The position numbers and the translations under genes were made by a program. Under the pieces are notes generated by a model that ran no database searches, was not told where the DNA came from, and was given only the letters and a program-made list of their open reading frames with translations. Source: the human T2T-CHM13v2.0 reference genome, Homo sapiens. Taken from it: 64,000 nt of DNA. The stretch lies in the NCBI RefSeq assembly GCF_009914755.1, contig NC_060935.1; one strand, written 5' to 3'. Shown here one piece after another: positions 52,571-64,000 of this stretch (positions within the stretch are counted from its first letter, which is position 1; each line of letters starts with the position of its first letter).

Positions 52571-55429
52571 ATATATATAATGCCAATAATTTAGAGTATT
52601 GGAGGCTGTTTCCTTTAATAAAATTTCCTACTTAGAAAACTTTTAGAGAATTATGTGGATGTGCAAAACATGTATTAGAGCTCAAATACTGATTTTGTTT
52701 ATCTTGGCTTTTTCAAGCCTCACTTAAAGTGCTTAGCTCACTTTTACACTTAAAAATAATTTGTTATTTGTTTTTCTAAATGCCTAGGGTGGTACACCTT
52801 CATTACTGGCAAGGTGGTTTTTGTTCTCTGCCTAACTAGATAGTGGTAAATACACTTAAATATGGAAAAAATATGTATAGTTCCTCTACAACCCAAAATT
52901 ATTTGGTAAACATAATTTATTTCCTTCCATGCCACCTGTGACATCAACCTCCATTGCAAATGGCCATAGAAAATTCCAATTTTTCAGTTCTTTCTTCTAA
53001 TTCAGCAATAGCTAACTCTTTGGCAGATGAGAAGAGTAGCTTGCTCAGTCTCCATCCCCATCCTCTTATGTTCAGAGTCTAGAAAGCTAGAAGCTACATA
53101 TTTCAGACTAATTTGCAAGTAAGATTCTGAATACAAATGAGATTCCTCCAAATAGATACTATTTGTAAGACAAAAGTAAAGTGGGGGTCCTCTTTCTTCC
53201 GCTCCATCTTTTGGGAAGCTGGGTCATCAAAAAGTGAGTGTCTAGAGATAGTAGTGCTGCTGACTATATTCGGTGTCAGTGTCTAGTCATCAGCTTCTTG
53301 GGTATCTACAAGTGGTTTCAGCAGTAGCAACAACCAGAAACTGTTGCAGTGTCTATTCATTCACTTTGATGGAGTGCAGAGGTATTTCTGATGGTAATAG
53401 TTCCTAATTGAGTTTTCTGATTTCTGGATTGCAGGTAAGAGAGTGTGTTCATAAACCTAATAATTCCAGTATTGGCCTCCTGATCCTCACTGCTGTTATC
53501 CTAAAGATTTCCAGCACTTGGTCCTTGTATTAAATCTCTTTAACCTGCACTGAATCCTGACTGGTGTACCCTCCTTGATAACTTGCAATTGGTTGGACTT
53601 TCCAAATATGTGATAGTCTCAGTTGTGCAAAACCTGTAAATCTGACCTACATAAATTGTTCATTCAGAAATGCTAATCTTTATTCAAAAGCATACTGAAT
53701 TTCAAAAAAAAACCAAAACCAGCAACAGGAACTTAAGAGAGAAGTTTATTTCTCACATAATAGTCCAAATGCAGTCCTTTGTGGTCATGGGAATTCCAAC
53801 CTGTGAAGGTATTGTTTCTTCAATGAGGCTATACTATGGTCCTCAACATGCAACATGGCCAAAAAGGCTGCTAAAGTAGCCAACACACCTCTACTACAGC
53901 CAGGAGTGATCAGGAAGGACAGAGCACCTCTTCCTATTAAAAACACCATCTGAAAATGGCATATACCATGTCTGCTCGCACCCAGTGTTCACAGTTCAGT
54001 TACATGGCTCACTTCACTGGAAAGGAGGCTGTGGAATGTAATGCTTATTCCAGATGCCCAGCCTAAATTCTATAACTGGAATAAAAGGAAAATGGACATT
54101 GGGCAAAGTCATAGTCTCCTAAGAGAAGTAACCAGGAGTTACTCACTACCCATCTCACCCCTCTAGTATATGTATGTCCTCTCCTTTCCACATGTGAAAT
54201 GTACTTACCCACTTGCCAAGATGATCCAGATTTTCTGGGCAATGTGTATTTCTCTTCAGCACATCTGAATGCAGCTCCCCATGGTGCAGAGACTTACCTG
54301 CATTCCTCCTGCTCCACCCACATACCCAATATACTATAGTGGAGTATGAACATAATCCAATAAATTACATTTTTATTCAGAAAAAAAGGATAAATGGGAA
54401 ATATAGCAGCCACAATCCTATGGAATGACCAAATTCTGTTGTGCAGGAATTTACATGATGTCCAGCTCTGGCAGGGGAGTACAATTTTTGATTAGCTCAT
54501 ACTGCGAGTCCTGGTTACTTCTCTTTGGAGTTGGAATGTCCTTCACTATTGTCCTTCATGCCCCCAGACTTTGTCCTGCAAGGTGTTCTCTTGTGTCTGT
54601 TTACAGTGGCCATTTCTTTTTTTAAGTCTAGTTATATTGATCTAGTATTTATGTGCAGGAAAATTCATTCTTTTGGTGTACAGATCTATGAATTCTGACA
54701 CAGGCATAATTGAGTAATTACTACTACAGTAAAAAAAAAGTACTTTTTATGAAATAAAACTACAGTGCTGTCAACATGCTTATAAAACTTTAATAACTTA
54801 AGTGTTTACCTTTCCCTAACTTCTAGATTTGTTCATTTTTGTTTTACATGTGGATTGTTCAAGTCAGAATCCAAAAAGTCTATACGTTATATTTGGTTAT
54901 GTGAGTCTCTAAAGTCACAATTTAATGTGTGTATTTCCCCTTTTTATTTTTTCTAATATTTGCTTATTGAAGAAAGTCATGTTTCTATGAAGTGTTCCAC
55001 ATTCTGCACTTTACCATTCATCCACCTGATGTCATTTAATGTGTAGCTGTAGACCCAGTATTTCTTGTAAACTGGTAGTTAGATCTAGAGGTTTGGTAAT
55101 ATTCAGTTTTGACTTTTTCCCAAGAAAACTTCCTAGGTGATGCCAAGAGATGTCCATCCTCCTACTAGCGTTTACTGTGGGCCAGTATCTGGTTCGCATT
55201 TGCATGAGCATTATAAAATTTATTATAAATACTACTGGCTTCCCAGGACTGAGTGTTGAATACAGAATCTCTGGAGAGTGCACCACTTCAAAAACTAAAC
55301 CAAAGTCATGTTTCATCTTTTATTAAGAAATTTTAAAATCCATTCCAACAGAGTTTTTGATGACAGAGTTTAGCAATTTCTGATAATGATCTCTACATAC
55401 AACTTGTCTTTTCCACCTAACCGTGTAAC

Positions 55430-58400
55430 CAGGCTTGTGATGGGAGGAGCTGCCACTAAGTTCTCTGACATGCCCTGGAGACATTTTCCCCATTGTCTTG
55501 GCAATTAAGATTTGGCTTCTCGTTACTTATGCAAATTTCTGTAGCTAGCTTGAGTTTCTTCCCAGAAAATGGGTTTTTCTTTTCTACCATATGGTCAGGC
55601 TGCAAATTTTCCAGACTTTTACATTCTCCTTCCCTTTAAACATATGTTCCAATTTCAAATAATCTCTCTCAAGTTCTGATATGGTTTGGTTGTGTCCCCA
55701 CCCAAATCTCATCTTGAACTGTAGCTCCCATAATCCCCACATGTCCTGGGAGGGACCCAGTGGGTGGTAATTGAATCACGGGGATGAGTTTTTTCTATGC
55801 TGTTCTTGCAATAGTGAATAAGTCTCACAAGATCTGATAGTTATATAGGAGAGTTCCCCTACACATGCTCCCTCTTGCCTGCTGCCATGTAAGATGTGCC
55901 TTTGCTCCTCTTTCATCTTCCACCATGATTGTGAGTCCTCCCCACCCATGTAGAACTCTGAGTCCATTAAACCCCTTTTTCTTTATAAATTACCCAGTCT
56001 CAGGTATTTCTTCATAGTAGTATGAAAATGGACTAATACAGTAAATTGGTATCACAGAGAGTGGGGTGCTGCTGTAAACATACCTGAAAATGTGGAAGCA
56101 ACTTTGGAACTGGGTAACAGGCAGAGGTTGGAAAAGGTTAGGGGGCTCAGAAGAAGACAGGAAAATGTGGGAAAGTTTGGAACTTCATAGAGACTTGTCG
56201 AATGCCTTTGCCCAAAATGTGATAGTGATACCGACAATAAATTCCAGGCTGACATGGTCTCAGACAGAGATGAGGAACTTGGGCACTGGGGCAAAGGTCA
56301 TTCTTGCTATGCTTTAGCAAAGAGGCTGGTGGCATTTTGCCCCACCCTAGAGATCTGTGGAACTTTGAACTTGAGAGAGATGATTTAGGGTATCTGGAAG
56401 AAGAAATTTCTAAGCACCAAAGCATTCAAGATGTGACTTGGGTACTCTTAAAAGCATTCAGTTTTAGTCATTCACAAAGATATCATTTGGAATTGGAACT
56501 TATGTTTAAAAGGGAAGCAGATCATAAAAGTTCAGAAAATTTGCAGCCCGTCGATGTGATAGAAGATAAAACCTCATTTTCTGAGGGTAAATTTAAGCCA
56601 GCTGCAGAAATCTGCATAAGTAACAAGGAGCCAAATGTTAATCACCAAGACAATGGGGAAAATGTCTCCAGAGCATGCCAGAGGTCTGCATGACAGCCCC
56701 TCCCATCACAGGCCCAGAGGCCTAGAAGGAAAAAGTGGTTTCATGGGCTAAACCCCAGGTCTTGCTGCTTTGTGCAGTCTTAGAACTTGGTGCCCTGTGT
56801 CCCAGCTGTGGCTAAAAGGGGCCAAGATATAGCTCAGGCCATTGACTCAGAGGGTGCAAGCCCCAAGCCTTGGTGCCTTACACATGGTGTTGGGCCTGCA
56901 GGTGAACAGAAGTAAAGAATTGAGGTTTGGGAACCTCCACCTAGATTTCACAGGATGTATGGAAACGCCTGGATATCCAGGCAGAAGTTTGCTGCAGGGG
57001 TGGAGCCCTCATGGAGAACCTCTGCTAGGGCAGTGCAGAAGGGAAATGTGAGGTGGTAGCCCCCACAGAGAGTCCCCCCGAGACACTGCCTAGTGTAGCT
57101 GTGAGAAGAGGGCCACCATCCTCCAAACGCCAGAATGGTAAATCCACCAACAGCTTGCACCATGCTCCTGGAAAAGCTTCATGCCAGACTGTGAGTTTGC
57201 CCAATGTCCATTTTCATGCCAGCTCATGAAAGCAGCCGGGGAAGGGGGAGTGGGCTGTACCCTGCAAAGCCACAGGGGCAGAGCTGCCCAGGACCATGGG
57301 AACCCACCTCTTGCATCAGTGTGACCTGGATGTGAGGCATATAGTCAAAGCTTATTTTGGAGCTTTAAGATTTGACTGCCCTGCTGGATTTTGGACTTGC
57401 ATGGGGGCTGTGGCCCTTTTGTTTTGGCAATTTATCCCATTTGGAATGGGTATATTTACCCAAAGCCTCTACCCCCATTATATCTAGGAAGTAACTGACT
57501 TGCTTTTGATTTTACAGGCTCATAGGTGGAAGGGACTTGCCTTGTCTCAGATGAGACTCTGGATTTGGACTTTTGTATTAATGCTGCAATTAGTTAAGAC
57601 TTTGGGAGACGGTTGGAAGGGGATGATTGTGTTTCGAATTGTAAGGACATGAGATTTGGGAGGGACCAGGGGTGGAATTATATGGTGTGGCTCTGTCCCC
57701 ACCCAAATCTCATCTTGAATTGTAGCTCCCATAATCCCCATATGTCCTGGGAGGGACCCAGTGGGAGGTAATTGAATCATGGGGGTGGGTTTTTCCTGTG
57801 CTGTTCTTGTGATAGTGAATAAGTCTCACAAGACCTGATGGTTTTATAAAGGGCAGTTCCCCTGCACATGCTCTGTTGACTGCCATCATGTAAGACACGG
57901 CTTTCCTCCTCCTTCACCTTCCACCATGATTGTGAGGCCTCCTCTGCCATGTGGAACTGTGAGTACATTAAACCTCTTTTTCTTTATAAATTACTCAATC
58001 TCAGGTACTTCTTCATAGCAGTATGAAAATGGACTAATAAAAGTTCAAAGTTCCACCGATCTCTAGGTCAGGGGTAAAATGCCTCCAGTCTCTTTGCTAA
58101 AGCATAGCAAGAGTGACATTTGCTCCAGTTTCAAATAAGTTCCTCATCTCCATATAAGAACACCTCAGCCTGTACTTCGTTGTCCATATCACTCTCAGCA
58201 TCTTGGTCAAAACCATTCAGCAAGTCTCTAGGAAGTTCCACACTTTCCCACATCTTCCTGTCTTCTGAGCCCTCCAAACTGTCCCAACTTCTTCCTGTTA
58301 CCCAGTTCCGAAGTGGTTTCCACATTTTTAAGTATCTTTGTGGCAGTGCCCCAAACTCCTGGTACCAATTTCCTGTATTAATCTGTTTTTACACTGCTAC

Positions 58401-58739
58401 AAAGAAATACCCAAAACTGGGTAATTTATAAAGGAAAGAGGTTTAATTCACTCACAGTTCCACATGGCTGGGGGGCCTCAGGAAACTTACAATCATGGAA
58501 TTAGGGGAAGAAAATATGTCCTTCTTCACAGGGTGGCAGGAGAGATAAAAGTGTAGTGGGAATAGCCCCTTATAAAACCATCATATCTTATGAGAACTCA
58601 CTATCATGAGAACAGCATGGGCAAAACTGTCCCCATGATCCAATCACCTCCCACCAGATTCCCCCCTTGACACTTGGGGGTTATTGGGATTAAAATTCAA
58701 GATGAGATTTGGGTGGGGACACAGAGCCAAACCATATCA
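55430..58739 (-). mobile_element. Outer THE1D-like element: LTR 58374-58739, internal 58047-58373 and 55430-55676
   Basis: LTR ends …ggggacacagagccaaaccatatca; the internal halves rejoin as ctctctcaagttc+aaagttccac. Confidence 0.85.
55677..58041 (+). mobile_element. Full-length THE1B/C-like MaLR: LTR 55677-56040, internal 56041-57677, LTR 57678-58041; 5-bp TSD AGTTC
   Basis: Two direct ~364-bp LTRs (tgatatggtttgg…ggactaataca); AGTTC at 55672-55676 and 58042-58046. Confidence 0.92.
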
Positions 58740-61255
58740 GTATGGCTCTTACCTTAGGGAAACCTGACAGCTTGGAAGAGATGGCTGAGTAGCTGACCAG
58801 ACATTTGAGTTCGAATCGTGAAGCTGAGGGAGGAAAAAGTCAGAGTTTAAAGCCTGTCAGCTAGTAGGAAACCTAATAAACACCACAGGATTTTGGATGG
58901 GTAAAAAGTTGTTGTACCCAAGGAATAAAAATGTTCCAGAAATATCTCAGCCTTCACAGGGACACAAGTCAATTTGAAATCACCTCAATCTAAATTAGGT
59001 TAATGTAATCTAGGACTACAAGTGACTCCCACCCAGCTGCTTGCAAAAATTAATGGTAAAGTCTCTTTGGAGGAAGGTTATATTATCTTTGGCTTCTAAT
59101 TTTTTCTACAAGACAAAATTTCCTACAGAAAAATGAATGTCAATCTTTGACTTTTATAAAAAGGTAAGGAACTTTTATTGGCAAAATCAATCAAGAAAGA
59201 TGGTAAAAATGTAGATTTAATAAGAAAAAATGTGACAGTATTCTATCCAATACTAAAATGGGAGTTACATATTTTAACTATAAGTATTTGCCTATAAGCC
59301 CATTCAAGGGCTTACAGTGCTCATGGAAGTGATCACCCTTCTTTCTTCATTTCTACCTGAATAGTAGAGCATTAGAGTCATTCTTTCTCTACCAGACCAT
59401 GTGAATTGACATTTCCTGTTTTAGATTGTACTGAAACTAAAAGAAACAACTGTACAACCAAAGATGAGGTATAACCTTAACCAAAATTATATCTCTGGAC
59501 ATTTTCATAAAACCATGGGTCCTCTTATTAAATGCTGGAACCCAGTACTCCTCCTGCTACAACCACACACACTAAAGATTTCAAATCACCTGATCCTACT
59601 ATTGCAAATAAATCTCCACTGAGTTATTCATGGAAGTGTTTAATAGGGTAAATCAGTTGTAAAATCTTGTTTTTAAACAGCATGCAAATAAAGCCTGCTC
59701 TTCATGGCCCCAGTTCTGAAAGCCCTGTCATGTATCACTGCTTGAGCTTACCTGCCGTATGACTTCTGCCTCCATCCCTCTGAACCAAAGATGGGCCTCA
59801 CAAGATGGACCAGAAACACAGTGGTTCCAAGTGGTTATAGTAAGATTCATTTGCCACCTAAATTTTAGGTAAAAATTATCACTGGAATGTTCAGGAACTG
59901 GGCACATAGACCCTGGAATTTTGCAACAGCAAACACATCTGAATTTGGAATCTATATCTCAAATGTTACCACCTCTGTGACAGCATCCCTGAAGCCCTCT
60001 CTGTGCTACCACTGCAACCTGTTCACTTCTGTATTATGGTTATAACTCTTTTTTTAATTTTTTTTTTTACTTTTACTCATCTACTAGATTGTGACTTAAT
60101 GGGTGGTGAGGAAAATGTTACGTTCATCTTAGCAATCCCAATGCTTGACACTATATCTGGCATGCACAAAAATTTCCTCCAAAAAGACGGAATAAAATTT
60201 TTAAAAAGATACTTTAGGTTTATAGGTATTAGACATAAATTAGTGGAAGGTAACAGCTATCCCATAGAGCACATTAGAGAGACTGGTGTTCCAACAGCTA
60301 CATGAAGTGGAACCACACAAACCAGCTAAAGGTGAGGCCCTGCAGGTTGGGCTTCTCCAGCACTTTCTGTCTTTGCTGCATGATCCTCATGGACTGCATC
60401 CAACCTTGTAAAGTCAGCCAAGAAGAGAAAAATCAGAGGCTCGTCCATTCCTTGCCGGTGTGATGACATGAGGAGCCATCCTTTGTGAACAGAACTCATT
60501 GGTTTCTGCAGTTTTTTGTTTTGTTGTTGCTTTTGGTAAAGGTTGGTTATAGCGTTGAAGCAGAACTAAAAGACGTCCACTCACAGTGAACTCTGGCTAA
60601 TGATTCTGGACAGTCCAATCCTGTGGTTCAACTACTTCAATGGCCAGCCAAGGGAAAAGGGACTGAGTATATAAATTAATTCCCAGGCTTCAGGGAGCAG
60701 AAAACGCCTGCAATTCGTTTGGACATTGCAGTGTGCTTTTGCTCTTGTTGGCTATAAAAAGGCTAGGGAGAAAAACCAAAGTTAAGGAATTAAACTTCCT
60801 ACTATATAACATATTGGTTTACAAGAAAAAACATATATATATAAAGTTATTTATATTTAAACCTTTATATTTTAATCCTTAACTCTTCCCCAGGAATCCC
60901 TATACATTTTCACAATAATCCAGGATACCACAAATGATGGAGAGAAGGGCATTTGAGATCTTGTTAGCCCTTGAGGCCGCCCCAAGAGGCTCACCAGCTT
61001 CAGATCTAGCACCATCAGACCAACAGATGGTTCTCAGAGGAGCACATGGAAGTGAACGTCCAGCTTCCCAACTTAACACCCCCGCTAATCACTCAGCCAG
61101 GGAAAAGCAGTTTCCCAGAAGGCTCAAGCTCTGTCCAAGAGAAGTGAGGGCTGGGCAAACCATTTCCACGTCCTGCTGCCACTGGGCATGAGGGATGTGG
61201 GTTCTCACCTCAGCTCCGCCCTCCCCTTACCCGGTTTCCGCAGGCTAATCCTCTG

Positions 61256-61271
61256 TCGCCATCTGCTGGCA
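61256..61271 (-). promoter_or_regulatory. CTCF motif
   Basis: Reverse complement TGCCAGCAGATGGCGA fits CCASYAGRKGGCR. Confidence 0.7.
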
Positions 61272-61464
61272 GCGCGCGGCACTCCCCAGCCCGGTTAGGA
61301 AGAAACGGCTTTGCTGGGTGAGATTTAGGGGCTGCTCTCGCGTCTCGTCTCGGGAGCTGTCCTGAAAGGGGGCTGCCACGCTGGTCTCATTCTGTAGAGC
61401 TGCAAATTAAGGAGCACTGCGGGTGCCTCCAGAGGGTCTTGGAGGGTCATTTGGGCTGTGAGGT

Positions 61465-62440
61465 TGTAGGGAAAAGAAAGAGCGATCAGACTGTTACTGT
61501 GTCTATGTAGAAAGGAAGACATAAGAAACTCCATTTTGACCTGTACCCTGAACAATTGCTTTGCCCTGAGATGCTGTTAATCTGTAACTTTGCCCCAACC
61601 TTGAGCTCACAGAAACATGTGTTGTATGGAATCAAGGTTTAACGGCTCTAGGGCTGTGGAGGATGTGCCTTGTTAACAAAATGTTTACAGGCAGTATGCT
61701 TGGTAAAATTCATCGCCAGTCTCTATAGACCAGGGGCACAATGCACTGTGGAAAGCCGCAGGGACCTCTGCCCTGGAAAGCTGGGTATGGTTCAAGGTTT
61801 CTCCCCATGTGATAGTCTGAAATATGGTCTCATGGGATGGGAAAGACCTGACCATCCCCCAGCCCGACACCCTGAAGTATCTGTGCTGAGGAGGATTAGT
61901 AAAAGAGGAAAGGCTCTTGCAGTTGAGATAAGAGGAAGGCCACTGTCTCCTGCCTGCCCCGGGAACTGAATGTCTCGGTATAATACTCGATTGTACATTT
62001 GTTCAATTCTGAGATAGGAGAAAAACCGCCCTGTGGTGGGAGGCAAGACATGTTGGCAGCAATGCTGCTTTATTATTCTTTACTCCACTGAGATGTTTGG
62101 GTGGAGAGAAACATAAATCTGGACTATGTGCACATCCAGGCATAGTACCTTCCCTTGAACTTATTTGTGACACAGATTCCTTTGCTCACGTTTTCTTGTT
62201 GACCTTCTCCTCACTATGACCCTGCCCTCCTACCGCATTCATCTTGCTGAGATAGTGAAAATGGTAATCAATAAATAATGAGGGAACTCAGAGAATGGTG
62301 CAGGTGCGGGTCCTCTGTATGCTGAGGGCCGGTCCCCTGGGCCCACTTTTCTTTCTCTATACTTTGTCTCTGTGTCTTATTTCTTTTCTCAGTCCCTCCT
62401 CCCACCTGATGAGAATTACCCACAGGTGTGGAGGGGCTGC
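61465..62440 (+). mobile_element. HERV-K(HML-2) solo LTR (LTR5A/LTR5B), 3' terminus missing
   Basis: tgtagggaaaagaaagagcgatcagactgttactgtgtctatgtag…aatcaataaa…cccacaggtgtggaggggc. Confidence 0.92.
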
Positions 62441-64000
62441 CTCCGAATTAAGGAGCACAGCGGGCGCCTTGAGAGGGTCTTGGAGGGTCATTCGGGCGGT
62501 GAGGTCTGGAGGAAAGCGGGGCGGGTTTCTTCCTCCTGAGGTACCAGGAAGATGGAGGCCACTGCAGACCGCGTGCCCCTACTAGTCCCTGCGGCCCTGG
62601 GCGCTCGAACCTCGGGCCACAGCTAGGATGGGCGCGGTGGTTATTCCCTTTTCTGGAAGGAGGAAGGCTAGCAGCCTCTGGAGTTTTGATGGGGCCGACA
62701 CCCCCTTAAGAGTCCAAACGAAGGCTCCTTATGAAGGCATTACTCTCATAGAGGTTCTTTGCCTTCCAGGTCTTTGACTGAGCTGGAGTCTATGATCTGG
62801 ATCCTAGGAATCCCGATCTCACAACACTTTTGACCTCAAATTGAAGTGAACATCACCTTTTCCTGCTAGTAGTTGAGTAATTTGGTAATATTTATCCAAA
62901 ACCTAAAAATCATGCACAATCATCTAGACCATCAAAACAGAGTAACATGGTAGTAGTAAGAGAAGTAACAATGGCAAAGGCGCCATACCATTTCCGGAGC
63001 GTTCGTGCCAGGTACATCTCCACGACCATCCCATAGGCTACCTCATTTAGGCTCATGCCCTCTATGAGACAGTATTAGCGGGGGCATGTTCTTTACATGC
63101 AACGACAGAACCAGGACAGAGGCAAACATAAAGACGCAGTGGCTTTCAGGGTCGAGCTCAGCACAGTGTTAATTCTGTCTATATTCTACTGCCCAAAGCC
63201 CAACATTGATGGGGTGGAGAGCAACTGCAAAGGCACCTGGCAACCAGTGTGTGTACAGGGAAGGGGGAAGATCTGAGAACAATTTTCCACACTCGGCCAC
63301 TGGTTCTTCCAATTCTCCAAGTACTTCAAACTAGATTAAACAGCAAACGTGTATTTAATATAGAATGTGTGTGCATTTTAATATATTGGATAGGCTATGA
63401 GACGTGACCTGGAAAAGCACTAGGCTTAGATACAATATTGCATTAAACTGCTCTGGGTCCATGAATGTGAGAATCATATTCATTCACCTCTGTTCCCCAA
63501 TGTCCAGTACAATACCTGGCACAAAGTAGGAATTAACACATCTCTTAAATGAATGAAACCATGTGGAAATGATATTATTTGTGTACCTCTTCTGTCTTCC
63601 CTATTTGAGGGCAGGGGTCAACATTTTACCCTTCATAGAATGTGGCACCGGATCTTGTAAATTGCCACCCGAAATTTATACCTTGAATAGATTATTGGAT
63701 TAATGAAAAAGCATTATACTAGGAAGAAGTAAGCCACTGTGCCTTTTTGCAGTTAGATCTGAGAGGCAGCCATCATTCAATAGAATAAGTTTGGCTTCTA
63801 GTTTCAGATGGGAATACAAATCCTCATAAGGATGTTTCTGCACAATTATTTGCTAAAGCTTTTTGTGAAATGGCGAAGATAATCTCACCTTCCCCACAGG
63901 GTTATTGAGAGTATTAAATGAAACAGACACATGTAAATGCCAAGCTCAGAGAGGAACTCAAAGCAGTACAGCAGCAGAGGTCATTTCCCTCTACACACTC

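Larger units (their letters stand above)
55300..64000 (-). ncRNA. FAM111A-DT: Probable 3' part of the FAM111A divergent lncRNA transcription unit (exons not resolved)
   Basis: Based on recalled locus order (FAM111B, FAM111A-DT, FAM111A) plus a minus-strand AATAAA (TTTATT 55319-55324). Not demonstrable from sequence alone. Confidence 0.35.

Noticed and set aside
56052-58431. ORFs up to 129 aa
   Set aside because: Fragments of the degenerate THE1 internal ORF and LTRs, broken by stops and frameshifts.

Overview
Primate (by recognition human, chr11q12.1) genomic DNA, not prokaryotic. Two spliced protein-coding genes lie on the + strand. (1) An intact GLYATL1-family acyl-CoA:amino-acid N-acyltransferase with five coding exons (11481-19960; 909 nt, 302 aa, all introns GT-AG), recognised as GLYATL1B. 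(2) FAM111B: CpG-island promoter ~31500-32750, exons ~32410-32470, 33842-33886, 34714-34880 and 49353-~52580; 734-aa trypsin-like serine protease with intact H490/D544/S650. The rest is mostly L1, L2, Alu, MIR, hAT and LTR elements, and almost all short ORFs in the track are repeat-derived or spurious. I found no new multi-gene system. The strongest unexplained structure is the extent to which transposons build these genes and their surroundings: a candidate GLYATL1B leader exon made from a MER57-type ERV LTR/PBS/splice donor; two FAM111B exons exonised from the same position of tandem antisense L1 5' ends; an L1-derived FAM111B 3'UTR and polyA signal; a THE1 inserted antiparallel into another THE1, forming a multi-arm inverted repeat inside the probable FAM111A-DT transcription unit; and a HERV-K LTR5 flanked by a 60-bp duplication instead of a 6-bp TSD, next to a strong CTCF motif. 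Repeat subfamily names and annotation statements come from memory of consensus sequences, not from a search, and repeat boundaries are approximate unless a TSD is given.
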